From the IMG/VR virus record IMGVR_UViG_3300020045_006056, positions 1 to 41,922 of that record: a stretch of DNA of 41,922 bases; one strand, given 5' to 3'. A program made the position numbers and the translations under genes. Below the pieces are notes generated by a model, which saw nothing but the letters and a program-made list of their open reading frames with translations, was not told the origin of the DNA and did no database searches. The DNA comes from a virus (lineage: Duplodnaviria > Caudoviricetes). Of this stretch, positions 26,639-35,531 are shown piece by piece (positions within the stretch are counted from its first letter, which is position 1; the number at the start of each line of letters is the position of its first letter).

Positions 26639-27066
26639 TACTGCCCCTTGTACCGGTAAAACTTGATAATACAGCCCATCTGTGAGTAATAGCGCTTCAG
26701 CACATCAATAGGCCAAGTGCATACGGATTGCGGATTATCTTCGGTGCCGACTGCATGATAGGCGCGACCTGCCAGAATGCGGCCGATATGGATCATGTTT
26801 TCGCTTTGGTCGTAACAGGCAAATATTGCTCCAGGTGAAGCAACTGGCAATTCTTCATAGTTAGGCAGTGAGCCTTGCAACGAATCAGCAAAATTACACT
26901 GCTCGCGGTTCATTGGAGTTGGCAGATCTACGCCATTAATGCAGCGGTAGCTGTGAACGACAGCACCCCAGCAGTCCAAACCGCCATTGGCTGGATCGTC
27001 AGAGCCTTTTAGCCAAGGTAAGCCTACCATCCGATTTACATATTCGTTGTCGCGTTCTTTTATCAT
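26638..27066 (-). CDS. NlpC/P60-like tail tip protein
   Basis: GLDCWG and HIG motifs; position in tail tip module. Confidence 0.85.
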   Translation of the reverse strand: MIKERDNEYVNRMVGLPWLKGSDDPANGGLDCWGAVVHSYRCINGVDLPTPMNREQCNFADSLQGSLPNYEELPVASPGAIFACYDQSENMIHIGRILAGRAYHAVGTEDNPQSVCTWPIDVLKRYYSQMGCIIKFYRYKGQ

Positions 27067-27569
27067 ATTAAGCCGCCCAAGCCTTTGAAAATGTCCGGCG
27101 TGTAAATCACGCTGATATCACGCGCTGCAAAGTTGATTTGTCCGCACTGAAAGCCCAAGTTAATCATATCCATGGCCCAAGCGTCACCTTCAAAATATAA
27201 CACGTTTACAGGGTTAGTTATGCCTGACAAATACTGCCGCCAAACAACCTCAAGTTTCGGCGGCCAGCTATTCATGACGGTATCAATATACGGCTTAGCC
27301 TCAAAGCCGATAGCGCCAAGCTGCACATCTAGCGATGTTTCACCATCTTCGCCGATTTCAGGCTCTGGAGCTTCAAGGTTCATTGGCTCAAATTCAACTA
27401 CAGTGCCAGCATTGCGAGGTGCGCCAGATTCAAGTTGAAACGACTTAGGTAGCTGCTGATTGGCAACAAAGCGGCGAAGACCGGCAACCGGGTGATAAAC
27501 TTCCAGTGTGGTATATAGAATCTGATTGGCTGGTTTTTGGGTGAAAAACTCCGGCAATGTATCAGTCAT
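27063..27569 (-). CDS. Minor tail protein (DUF1833-like)
   Basis: TLEVYHP...IYTPDIFKGL; synteny. Confidence 0.8.
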   Translation of the reverse strand: MTDTLPEFFTQKPANQILYTTLEVYHPVAGLRRFVANQQLPKSFQLESGAPRNAGTVVEFEPMNLEAPEPEIGEDGETSLDVQLGAIGFEAKPYIDTVMNSWPPKLEVVWRQYLSGITNPVNVLYFEGDAWAMDMINLGFQCGQINFAARDISVIYTPDIFKGLGGLI

Positions 27570-28061
27570 TTATGCCTCCGGTGCGCTTTCGGTTATGCCG
27601 GTGTCGAGCAGCGCCATACCAGTAAATGGATTGCCGTCAGGCGATCTGTCTGCAAACCATTTTAAGGTGTCATAGCTGGCCGAAAGGATTGTCGTATTAT
27701 CGCGCACAAATACTCTTGCCGAATAAACGTAAACCTTGCCCTGTTGCGAAGTCATCTGGGGAATTCCAGCTCTTGTAAATCTACATTCTTTCGTTATTTC
27801 TTCGCCGTCGATCAGCATCGACATATTAAAAGGTTTTGTGCCGTGTTGCAGTGCCGATCTAAACCACGCCATCAAGTAAACAGCCTGTCCATCAGTCAGC
27901 GCCCACTGCAAATTGTACTCAGCAAAAATATCATCCGTCAGCTTTTTGACATAAAAGCCGCCGCTGGCCGCTTCTGACTCAATAAATGCAGCCGATTGCG
28001 TACTGGTGTAAGCGCTGGCCAGTGCCTTTGGTAGTCCCGCTGGAAAATCTATGTCAGCCAT
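27570..28061 (-). CDS. Distal tail protein
   Basis: IDFPAGLP...WFRSALQHGTKPFNM; follows tape measure. Confidence 0.75.
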   Translation of the reverse strand: MADIDFPAGLPKALASAYTSTQSAAFIESEAASGGFYVKKLTDDIFAEYNLQWALTDGQAVYLMAWFRSALQHGTKPFNMSMLIDGEEITKECRFTRAGIPQMTSQQGKVYVYSARVFVRDNTTILSASYDTLKWFADRSPDGNPFTGMALLDTGITESAPEA

Positions 28062-30233
28062 TTATGATGTCCTGTTCACTGCGTTGGTAGTGTTGGTGAC
28101 GGCTTTGTGTGTTTGTCCGCGCTTGTTCATATCTCCCACCACAACATCAAGCACCCACCGCTTGTCCTGCTCGCTAAAGCGCTGGCCCTGCACTGATGCC
28201 TGACTGCCGCTGTAGTTTGTAATATTGATTATAGGTGCATTACTTCCGCCGCCGCTAACTTGCATATCTTTAGCGCTCACTACGTTGCCACCGCCAGCAC
28301 CAGGTAATAAGTAAGACCTGCCACCCTGCATAAGTAATTCAGGATCTCCGCCCTCTGATACAGGGTAAATCGTGCCAGCATTCACAGCCCCGCCGTTTTT
28401 GCGCCCAGCACCTGCAGTTAGTGCGCTGCCAGTTTGTGCAGCCGCAGCCAAACCAACGCCAGCAGTTAAGCCAGTGCCAAGCGCAGCAACGCCCACAGTG
28501 GCCGCGCCACCCAGGGTGGCTATGCTTGCCAAGGTAGCAGCTGGTGCCCATGCAGCAGCCGCAGCACCGCCAGCGGCAACAGTAGCGCCAGCAACAGCAG
28601 TTTGACCGACAATAGCCGCCGCAGCCTGTCCAACCCAGTACCGTATGATTGCAGTCAATAATTCAGTAGCTATGGTTTTGGCCAGATTGCCAAACATTTC
28701 TCTGGCGCTGTCACCTTCAGTAATCACCCGCGCAAGACCAGAGCTGAAATTATCCAGAGCATTCAGAGCAACGCCCTGCATTGACTCCTGAATGGTTGCG
28801 CCTAGCAGTTCATATTCAAATCGAAGCGCCTGGAGCTGGGTCACTTTATCCGCAATAGCTTGCTGTTCTTCTGGCGTGGCATCTGGACCAAGCGCTTTAA
28901 TAGCTGACTGAATTTCAAACTGTTCATTACCAAGCTGGTTACGGATCTGCTGCAGGTAAATTTCCTGCTCTACTTCCGCCACTCTGTTTCCGCGCTTTTC
29001 TTCAGCCTTGGCGTTTTTATTAGCCTCTTGTGCTGCAAACAAAGCATTTTGAGCATCAACAAGCTTTTGTATTTCTTCGGCTGTTTTGCCTGCCGCTTGG
29101 CCTGCGAGCTGGATTTGCTCAATCTGGTACTGATTGGCAGCTGATGCGCCTTGCGCTGTGGCTGATTGATTGGCTATAGAATCCGCCAAGTTATCCCATG
29201 ACCGGGCAGCAGACTCCAAAGCCTGGTTTTGCTTTGCTATCTTCTGAGATTCAGCTTCTGCCTTTTCCAGTGCTGATACTGCTTTCTCTATTGGTGCTGG
29301 CAGCATTTCAGCATTGGTTAGTCCAAGCTGCAAGGCAATGGCAAGCCGTCTGGCTGCATTGTCTCCGTTAAGCATTTTTTCTGTTGCTATTGCGGCCTGG
29401 TCGGTAACTTCCTTGGTTATATCGGCGATACGCTGCTGCGCCTCTGCTGCAGCAACAGCACCTTTTGCATACTCGTCAATATTTTTCTTTGAGCGCTCAA
29501 TCTCACCAGCAAGCAGATCCATTTCTGCATTGTTTTTAGCAACAAGCCTTTGAGCTTCATCAAGCTTGTCTGCATAGCGCTGCAAGTTGTCGTCTGCGCT
29601 GCGAGGAACGCCACCAACCATTGAAAGCCTGTTTTCTGACTCAAGTCCTGCCCCAGCCTGGGACATGGTTTTGATCAGCTTCTCAGTTTCAAAGTTTTCA
29701 AGCTTAATGGCTTCAATTCTGGCGTACTTGGACTGCAAAGAGTCCATTTCATCTTGGGATAATAGTTTCGCCTGGTTGGCGGTAAGCCCAGTTTCTTCGC
29801 GCAAATCCTTCAGTCTTTCTACAAGATCATCAACCTTGTTTTCTCCGGCTGTTAGTGCGTTAAAAAGCATTCCTCCTAATGCAGCTGAAATACTGACTAT
29901 TGCGCCAAGTAATGGAGCGCCAAGAGTAAAGCCCAAGTCAGCGGCTTGCTGAGACAAGGCAACCATAGGACTTACTCCGCCCTGAATTTGCCCTATGAAT
30001 TGCTGGATCTGAATGCCTGCCTGACCTGCGTTCCGACCTAATCCGCCTAAAGACTGGTTAACGCCAGACGCCGCTTTACTGACCTGAGTGTTCATCGTCT
30101 GTGCAGACTTTCCAGCTGCAACAAAAGCCGTTTCTGTTTTTGCTAGTGAATTGCTGATCTGCTTCTCAGCTGATACCAGTTGCTCGGTCTGCATTTCAGC
30201 AGTCCAGACAATTCCGCCTACATTCTCAGCCAT
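28062..30233 (-). CDS. Tape measure protein
   Basis: 723-aa Ala/Gln-rich helical protein, QIQQFIGQIQGG motif, RKNGGAV...EGGDPELL C-terminus. Confidence 0.92.
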   Translation of the reverse strand: MAENVGGIVWTAEMQTEQLVSAEKQISNSLAKTETAFVAAGKSAQTMNTQVSKAASGVNQSLGGLGRNAGQAGIQIQQFIGQIQGGVSPMVALSQQAADLGFTLGAPLLGAIVSISAALGGMLFNALTAGENKVDDLVERLKDLREETGLTANQAKLLSQDEMDSLQSKYARIEAIKLENFETEKLIKTMSQAGAGLESENRLSMVGGVPRSADDNLQRYADKLDEAQRLVAKNNAEMDLLAGEIERSKKNIDEYAKGAVAAAEAQQRIADITKEVTDQAAIATEKMLNGDNAARRLAIALQLGLTNAEMLPAPIEKAVSALEKAEAESQKIAKQNQALESAARSWDNLADSIANQSATAQGASAANQYQIEQIQLAGQAAGKTAEEIQKLVDAQNALFAAQEANKNAKAEEKRGNRVAEVEQEIYLQQIRNQLGNEQFEIQSAIKALGPDATPEEQQAIADKVTQLQALRFEYELLGATIQESMQGVALNALDNFSSGLARVITEGDSAREMFGNLAKTIATELLTAIIRYWVGQAAAAIVGQTAVAGATVAAGGAAAAAWAPAATLASIATLGGAATVGVAALGTGLTAGVGLAAAAQTGSALTAGAGRKNGGAVNAGTIYPVSEGGDPELLMQGGRSYLLPGAGGGNVVSAKDMQVSGGGSNAPIINITNYSGSQASVQGQRFSEQDKRWVLDVVVGDMNKRGQTHKAVTNTTNAVNRTS

Positions 30234-30877
30234 TAGTTTCTCCGTTTATCAGTAACAACGGCATGGCCAGCAGCCTTGCGCTTTAGGAATTCTTTATATG
30301 ACGCTTGCAGGTTTTCGCGCTCATCGTCGTTAATCGGTGGCGGCTTATTGCCCCATGCTTTGCGCTGTCTATGCTCACAAAGTCGCTGAAACTCTGTCAT
30401 TGTGGCATTCCACGCATCACCGCTGGACAGGTGAAATTCATCAATCAGGACGGAAACAAATTCATGTGGATCAAATGGCCTTTGCTCTTGTTCAGCCAGA
30501 GCCTTTTTCGCCGCCTTACTAAGCTTTTCTTTCGGGTCACCATAAACACCCCACTTGATGCAGTGGTGAGCCATGATCACCAATTCACGCATAGATAGCT
30601 TATTAAATTTGTACTTCCACTTTCCAGTTCGGTCAACGAGTTCACCGAACCATTCCGCCGGCATATCTGAGCATGAGCGCAGCACGTTTGCACAACTGCA
30701 AAGCTGCCAAACCGTTGGCGTAACTTCGGACAGCAATAGATTATAGGCGGCGCAAACCGCGCCTATTTCATCCTCTAAATCTTCGATGGTCGATAGCGCA
30801 CGAAAAGACGGGCGCACAAGATAAGTCTTGCCGCCCACCTCTGCTGCTGCTTCGCCGATATGCGTTAAAATACGCAT
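30233..30877 (-). CDS. Tail assembly chaperone (DUF6246-like)
   Basis: IGE...RPSFRAL, DAWNATMTEFQ; between tail tube and TMP; ATG 30877 with SD. Confidence 0.8.
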   Translation of the reverse strand: MRILTHIGEAAAEVGGKTYLVRPSFRALSTIEDLEDEIGAVCAAYNLLLSEVTPTVWQLCSCANVLRSCSDMPAEWFGELVDRTGKWKYKFNKLSMRELVIMAHHCIKWGVYGDPKEKLSKAAKKALAEQEQRPFDPHEFVSVLIDEFHLSSGDAWNATMTEFQRLCEHRQRKAWGNKPPPINDDERENLQASYKEFLKRKAAGHAVVTDKRRN

Positions 30878-30887
30878 AAAGACCACC

Positions 30888-31367
30888 TTAAGGCGCGGCT
30901 ACTGCTGTTACGATTGGATCACCCTGAGCCTGACAGCTCATATCGTAAGTGACTTCAGCGTTGTAGCTGGCTGACTTACGGAATGACGACAGAGTGACCG
31001 GGTAGTCTTTGGTTTCGCCAGCACCACCAGTGCGAGGTTCAAAAATGCGCAACCAGGCATAAGGCTGGCCATTCATTGTTGAAGGCGGGTTTTCAATGTG
31101 ATCTTCAACGTCACGCTGAAAGTCGTTGTTAATCAAAAACAGACCAGTGATTTCAATATTGTTGTTTTTGAAAGTCACCAGTGAAGTGCTGGTATTGCCA
31201 GTGCCGCGAGCTGTAGTGTCTGCGTTATCCCACTCAGGGCCATACGTTAGATCGCGAGTTGCAGCGACTTCGGTAAATGCCGAGTCAATCGGCGGATTTG
31301 TGCTGTTGGTAAGCGCCAGCGAGATAAGAAAGCTCTTACCAACCGCTGCTTGGTTTTCAAATGCCAT
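30888..31367 (-). CDS. Major tail tube protein
   Basis: EWDNADTTA...SLVTFK...QPYAWLR. Confidence 0.85.
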   Translation of the reverse strand: MAFENQAAVGKSFLISLALTNSTNPPIDSAFTEVAATRDLTYGPEWDNADTTARGTGNTSTSLVTFKNNNIEITGLFLINNDFQRDVEDHIENPPSTMNGQPYAWLRIFEPRTGGAGETKDYPVTLSSFRKSASYNAEVTYDMSCQAQGDPIVTAVAAP

Positions 31368-31400
31368 GTGTAAATCCTCTTAGCTAAGGTTGTTTATCAG

Positions 31401-31790
31401 TCAGACGCCAGAGCGCCGGATCGTGATTCTGTGCGCGGTGAAATACCGCTCTTGTCCATCTTTGTACGGTCCAGCTGCTGAAGCTGGCATTTCAATGTGC
31501 TGGACGTTTGCAAATACGGTTGCCGTGGTTAAGTATCGGTCAAGTTGTGCCGCTATAGCAAGCAAAGCTCCGCGCTGTGAATTAGTGGCGTTGCGTACTG
31601 AGTGCAGGTAAATATCGACATTCACCGCGCCTATGTCGCGGTCTTGGTTGCCGCCTTGAATGCGGATCAAGCAGATGTTGCCAGTATGGGCTGTTGTGAA
31701 CGGGTAAGCAGCATCATCGCGCCAATCGGTGAATGCGTAGCCGGTGAATAAACCGCTGGCCATCAAGTGCTGAATTAGTAGCTGCATCAT
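31401..31790 (-). CDS. Tail terminator protein
   Basis: Size and synteny upstream of tail tube. Confidence 0.65.
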   Translation of the reverse strand: MMQLLIQHLMASGLFTGYAFTDWRDDAAYPFTTAHTGNICLIRIQGGNQDRDIGAVNVDIYLHSVRNATNSQRGALLAIAAQLDRYLTTATVFANVQHIEMPASAAGPYKDGQERYFTAHRITIRRSGV

Positions 31791-32266
31791 AAAGTAAGGC
31801 CCTCGATGACAATGCGGTCAATATTAGCCTTTTCCTCTCTGGCTGCAATATTTAGCCAGTCCTGAGTGGCGTTAGGATTCCAGCCGCCAGTGCCGCCGCC
31901 CACGTAATTATTGGCGCTTTTGGTTTTAAGCTCGCGGGTGTATGGATCCATTGGTTGCCAGCCATCCATTTTGCCGCCTGGTTTCGGGCTGTGCAGTGGC
32001 AAGGCGTATTCTTGCGTGTAGCCTACATTGCCGATGTATGACGTTGCTGTTGCTTCCACAGTCCTAAATTGGCTGTTTTGCAAAAGACTGTATGCTAAAG
32101 GCGTGTATTCCTGCCCTTTGTTGGCGACTGTGACGGTTACGGCAGTAAGTGTGCGCTCAATCTTTTGAGGTATTTTGCCGCGCATGATCTCGCGCGTAGC
32201 CCGTTGCATTGCGGCAACTTGCTTACGAATGTCGTTAACCTGTGATTTAACTGATGGTGAAGCCAT
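31787..32266 (-). CDS. Tail completion/neck protein (HK97 gp10-like)
   Basis: YTP...LQNSQFR, VGYTQEYALPLH, WNPNA..WL. Confidence 0.8.
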   Translation of the reverse strand: MASPSVKSQVNDIRKQVAAMQRATREIMRGKIPQKIERTLTAVTVTVANKGQEYTPLAYSLLQNSQFRTVEATATSYIGNVGYTQEYALPLHSPKPGGKMDGWQPMDPYTRELKTKSANNYVGGGTGGWNPNATQDWLNIAAREEKANIDRIVIEGLTL

Positions 32267-32271
32267 AGAAT

Positions 32272-32322
32272 AGCGCCAATGCTGATTTACTACATATTAG
32301 CACTGGCGCTGGTGGTGGGCAA
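32272..32322 (-). promoter_or_regulatory. Promoter overlapping a 12-bp inverted repeat next to the start codon
   Basis: TTGCCC-17-TAATAT (TG extended); arms 32310-32299 and 32283-32272. Confidence 0.65.
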
Positions 32323-32329
32323 TGATGGG

Positions 32330-32530
32330 CTATTTTTCAGGCGGTGCAGGTAGTGGCATCCAGTGAGTTACATCCTCCCACGTATTTGACTTGTTCCATT
32401 CGCCGCATTCATATTGAGCTACATCGTACAGGAAAATTCCATCTGGTTTGTTTTTGTTTTTAACTAAAACAAGCCAATCTTCGCCATTGTCTGGCGGATT
32501 TTTATCTTTAACACTAATCCATTCATTCAC
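32330..32530 (-). CDS. DUF551-like protein
   Basis: WISVKDKNP...VTHWMPLPAPP. Confidence 0.85.
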   Translation of the reverse strand: MNEWISVKDKNPPDNGEDWLVLVKNKNKPDGIFLYDVAQYECGEWNKSNTWEDVTHWMPLPAPPEK

Positions 32531-32739
32531 AATTTCACCTCCTTAAATCCGATGCCGCAAATCATTGCTGCATTGAAGCCGTCGATTTTAAGCTCAGGCT
32601 GTGTCATAACAAACTGCGAAGCTGGAACGCCAGCGGCCATACAGTTTAAAATTGTGGCTTCCAGATCTTCGTAAAACTCTTGCTGCATTTTGCGATACGA
32701 CTGCATAAGCTGCCCGTTATCAATCATACTATGTATCAC
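32527..32739 (-). CDS. Hypothetical protein (moron operon)
   Basis: 4-nt overlaps with neighbours. Confidence 0.55.
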   Translation of the reverse strand: MIHSMIDNGQLMQSYRKMQQEFYEDLEATILNCMAAGVPASQFVMTQPELKIDGFNAAMICGIGFKEVKL

Positions 32740-33110
32740 AGCCTACCCCTTCTCTTCAGCTCATCGATCATTTCCTGTGCCTGCTCACAAGCACCCACGG
32801 CACACCACTGGACAGCGTCAAGGTGCTCAGTCTCTACATCTCTATCTTCAGCAAACTGAATCAGTAGAGGCAAAGCAACCCCCGCATAATGCCGAAACAA
32901 ATCATCTTCCAGTTGCTTCTGGTGCTGCGACTGGTCGATCATATCTTGCGGCATTGTTTGCGCTGGCCTGGTGTCGATTATCCGGCCATCCGGCAAAGCC
33001 AAAACCGTCATGCCGATAAATTCGCGCCAGCCTACGCCCTTTTGCAATATCTCCCAGCCTGAGCTGGTTTCGCGCAGAGTGTTGCCTGCTGTGTCTTTGT
33101 ATTCAGCCAT
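32736..33110 (-). CDS. Hypothetical protein (moron operon)
   Basis: SD AGGTG; DDLFRHYAGVAL...AQEMIDEL. Confidence 0.65.
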   Translation of the reverse strand: MAEYKDTAGNTLRETSSGWEILQKGVGWREFIGMTVLALPDGRIIDTRPAQTMPQDMIDQSQHQKQLEDDLFRHYAGVALPLLIQFAEDRDVETEHLDAVQWCAVGACEQAQEMIDELKRRGRL

Positions 33111-33117
33111 AATTCAC

Positions 33118-33318
33118 CTACCCTGCAGAAACAATAACAAACGGCACATTGTTTAATGTTATGTACCATAAAATTGCCGGAATGATAGCCAGCACCAAAA
33201 AGCCTTTCTCAACACGACCTGAAAAGCCCTTGCTGACAAATATGCCAACCAGCACCCAGACCGTACTTAGCAATGAAGCGACAAGCAAAACCAACCAACC
33301 GAATAAAACCATTTTCAT
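33118..33318 (-). CDS. Two-TM membrane protein (moron operon)
   Basis: SD GGAGGG; ATG 33318. Confidence 0.6.
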   Translation of the reverse strand: MKMVLFGWLVLLVASLLSTVWVLVGIFVSKGFSGRVEKGFLVLAIIPAILWYITLNNVPFVIVSAG

Positions 33319-33403
33319 ACCCTCCAATTAAGTTACACAATAACTGTATACTAATCCGAATTGATGTGCTAGTATTTTTTACAGATTAATTGTGGAGGTG
33401 GTT

Positions 33404-33715
33404 ATGTGTGCTCACAATCAGCGCGAAAGATATTGTAACGGATTTTACTGCAATGACTGCAACCGCTTTATTGGGAAAGACTCACCAGAGTATCGTCAGG
33501 GTGAGTTGCTATCGTCTATCTGGATAGTGTTGTGGAATATAAACGCTGAGCGCCGCCAGAATAAGCTACCGCCTTTTGATGATGTGGCTAAGCTTGTTGA
33601 TGAAATTGGCATTGGTAAACTTCACGCAAACTATGAAGAATTAATTGCAAAGGCTGAAGTGTTGATGGCTAAGTATGGCAAAAATAGCGAATCGGCTACT
33701 TTGATCATTGGTTAA
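33404..33715 (+). CDS. Hypothetical protein with N-terminal Cys/His cluster
   Basis: SD GGAGGTGG; CAH...C...CNDC. Confidence 0.65.
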   Translation: MCAHNQRERYCNGFYCNDCNRFIGKDSPEYRQGELLSSIWIVLWNINAERRQNKLPPFDDVAKLVDEIGIGKLHANYEELIAKAEVLMAKYGKNSESATLIIG

Positions 33716-33726
33716 TGGAGGCGGTT

Positions 33727-34014
33727 ATGAAATATAAATTTTTGCGGAAGTTTCTTCGCTTGCGTGACGATGAAAGCGCTATAGCTGGCGGAAGCTCTCG
33801 CGCATTTGATTGCGGCATAGGTTATTACTATTGCCTTGGCGGTCTGGCAATAACAAAAGGTTTAAAACCAGATATTCACAACGTTGTTTTTGTTTTGCAG
33901 GTAAACGATCAGTCCAAAGCGTGGCGTGAAAGGCTAGACCGTCACACTTCATCGGCTGAATATGATTTGATAGTTACCCAGTCCAAGCCACAAACTCAGG
34001 CAATTGCCCCCTGA
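33727..34014 (+). CDS. Hypothetical protein
   Basis: SD GGAGG; overlaps the 3' end of the head-closure gene. Confidence 0.55.
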   Translation: MKYKFLRKFLRLRDDESAIAGGSSRAFDCGIGYYYCLGGLAITKGLKPDIHNVVFVLQVNDQSKAWRERLDRHTSSAEYDLIVTQSKPQTQAIAP

Positions 34015-34315
34015 GCGATGTGCCGCCGCCGACCTTTCGCACTTTCTCAGCGTTGGCCGGTGGCGTTAATTCAGTGCTTTCACCTGTTACGACAAAAGCC
34101 CCGAATGGGATTTCTTGCATGATGTAATAAGTGCTTGCCGGGGTAAATTCTTCGCCGTTTTTGTCTCGCTGGATTTTGCCGCCTTCCAAATATTCACATG
34201 GCAAAGTCACTGGCACAGTGTAGTAGCCATCAACATATGGATCAGTCGGGCTACCGCCTGCAACGTAAAGCCAATACGTTACTTTGTCGATCATGTGGCG
34301 AGTTGTTAACCGCAT
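33974..34315 (-). CDS. Head closure/stopper protein
   Basis: VTYW...DPY...RDKNGEEF; synteny. Confidence 0.7.
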   Translation of the reverse strand: MRLTTRHMIDKVTYWLYVAGGSPTDPYVDGYYTVPVTLPCEYLEGGKIQRDKNGEEFTPASTYYIMQEIPFGAFVVTGESTELTPPANAEKVRKVGGGTSLRGQLPEFVAWTG

Positions 34316-34662
34316 GGATTAATGCTCTTAATAAACCGCTGAGGCTTGCTGAATAGCCCGATCACGCAAGAGCCTGAAGGAAGCGCATTAAGCTGCTGTC
34401 CGAATTGCGTCGATTCGATGCCTTTGCCTGTCCAGACCGAATAAGAAGCGCTGGCCCCGGTGCGTGTTTTCTCGCTTGTGACTTGGCCGCCTGAACTCAT
34501 GGTCATCATGTGGGCGATTGCAAGGGCGATTGTTAAATCCTGGACGGGCTGCGTGTAGCCGGATAAGCACGGCGCAGCATCGGCGAACAGATCTATGTAA
34601 ATATCAACATCACCTTGTGTTGCTGCCGGAACCCATTTTTGCAGTACGGTTAAGACTGACAT
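34306..34662 (-). CDS. Head-tail adaptor (DUF4054-like)
   Basis: AIAHM...VTSE...GASASY...STQFGQQ. Confidence 0.75.
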   Translation of the reverse strand: MSVLTVLQKWVPAATQGDVDIYIDLFADAAPCLSGYTQPVQDLTIALAIAHMMTMSSGGQVTSEKTRTGASASYSVWTGKGIESTQFGQQLNALPSGSCVIGLFSKPQRFIKSINPCG

Positions 34663-34683
34663 AATTCACCTGTAGTTAGTTAA

Positions 34684-34856
34684 TTGGCTGCTTTACGCCG
34701 ATGGTATGCAGCAACCCATCTATGAAAGGCCAAAATCCGCAGTTAGGTGCGGCAAAAAGCCTCGACTTAACACCATTCAGCAGGTTAGGTACTTATGCCT
34801 TGGAGTCGGCACTCTATTGACCTGCATCACCGCTGGTGCTCAAACGGGATGCGTTT
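34684..34856 (-). ncRNA. Candidate structured leader/ncRNA
   Basis: Largest intergenic gap; extended -10 TGcTACATT at 34865-34857; three to four tandem hairpins seen by eye. Confidence 0.4.
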
Positions 34857-34891
34857 AATGTAGCAGGTAAGCTGTGATAAATCCACCCAAT

Positions 34892-34916
34892 AAAAAAGGG
34901 GCATTAAGCCCCTTTT
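34892..34916. terminator. Intrinsic terminator ending the head operon
   Basis: AAAAGGGGC/GCCCCTTTT stem, T6 on minus strand. Confidence 0.85.
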
Positions 34917-34933
34917 ACTTATCACTTAACTGA

Positions 34934-35266
34934 TTATTCCACCCAGGCAAACACGCCAGTAGCGCCGCCTGTGACGGCAACGACTCCTGACAGAAAGCCT
35001 GAGATTGCGCCAAGCTTGACCTTAGTCACTCGTCCAGCAGGACAGGCAACGGCATAGCCAGAGGCAACGCTAACAACGCCAGCGTTCGGAGTGGTTACAG
35101 TCGTACCGCCTGCGCCGTCAATGGTTAAGTTGATAACTCCAGCAGTGCTATTGAACACAAACAACGTGCCAGTCTTTGGCGTCATTGTGTCGCTCGCTGT
35201 CATCGTTACAGGCTGGAAGGACTGCACAACGTCATTCGTTTGAGTTGGCGCTACGATAACGGCCAT
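34934..35266 (-). CDS. Probable virion structural beta-rich protein
   Basis: G/T/V/A-rich 110 aa downstream of capsid genes. Confidence 0.6.
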   Translation of the reverse strand: MAVIVAPTQTNDVVQSFQPVTMTASDTMTPKTGTLFVFNSTAGVINLTIDGAGGTTVTTPNAGVVSVASGYAVACPAGRVTKVKLGAISGFLSGVVAVTGGATGVFAWVE

Positions 35267-35442
35267 TATTCACCTGCCTTAGCTTTGGCTTTCGATGGCG
35301 TTGCTACTTCCAGCTTTTTATCGCCGTCAGCCTCAACCCAGTAAACGCCGTCCGCTTCTGCTTTGGTTTCAATCTCGGTGCCGACAGGGATTAAATCCCC
35401 GCCAGCGCCGAAATGTGGTGTTGCACAAACTAATTTAGCCAT
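35266..35442 (-). CDS. 58-aa small head-associated protein
   Basis: MAKLVCATPHFG...KKLEVATPSKAKAKAGE; SD TAAGGA; TAATG coupling; missing from ORF track. Confidence 0.7.
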   Translation of the reverse strand: MAKLVCATPHFGAGGDLIPVGTEIETKAEADGVYWVEADGDKKLEVATPSKAKAKAGE

Positions 35443-35531
35443 ACTAAATCCTTAAATTGAATTGCTAGCAAAATCAAATAACATTAGTTATAATCAGTTT
35501 AAATATTAGCCCATTTAAAGCAAGGTGTAAA

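Noticed and set aside
30233-30886. Programmed frameshift in tail assembly chaperone
   Set aside because: One continuous ORF fills the space between tail tube and TMP; no second frame needed
34701-34820. 39-codon plus-strand ORF in the structured gap; also tRNA
   Set aside because: No SD or coding features; no cloverleaf or TTCGA T-loop found
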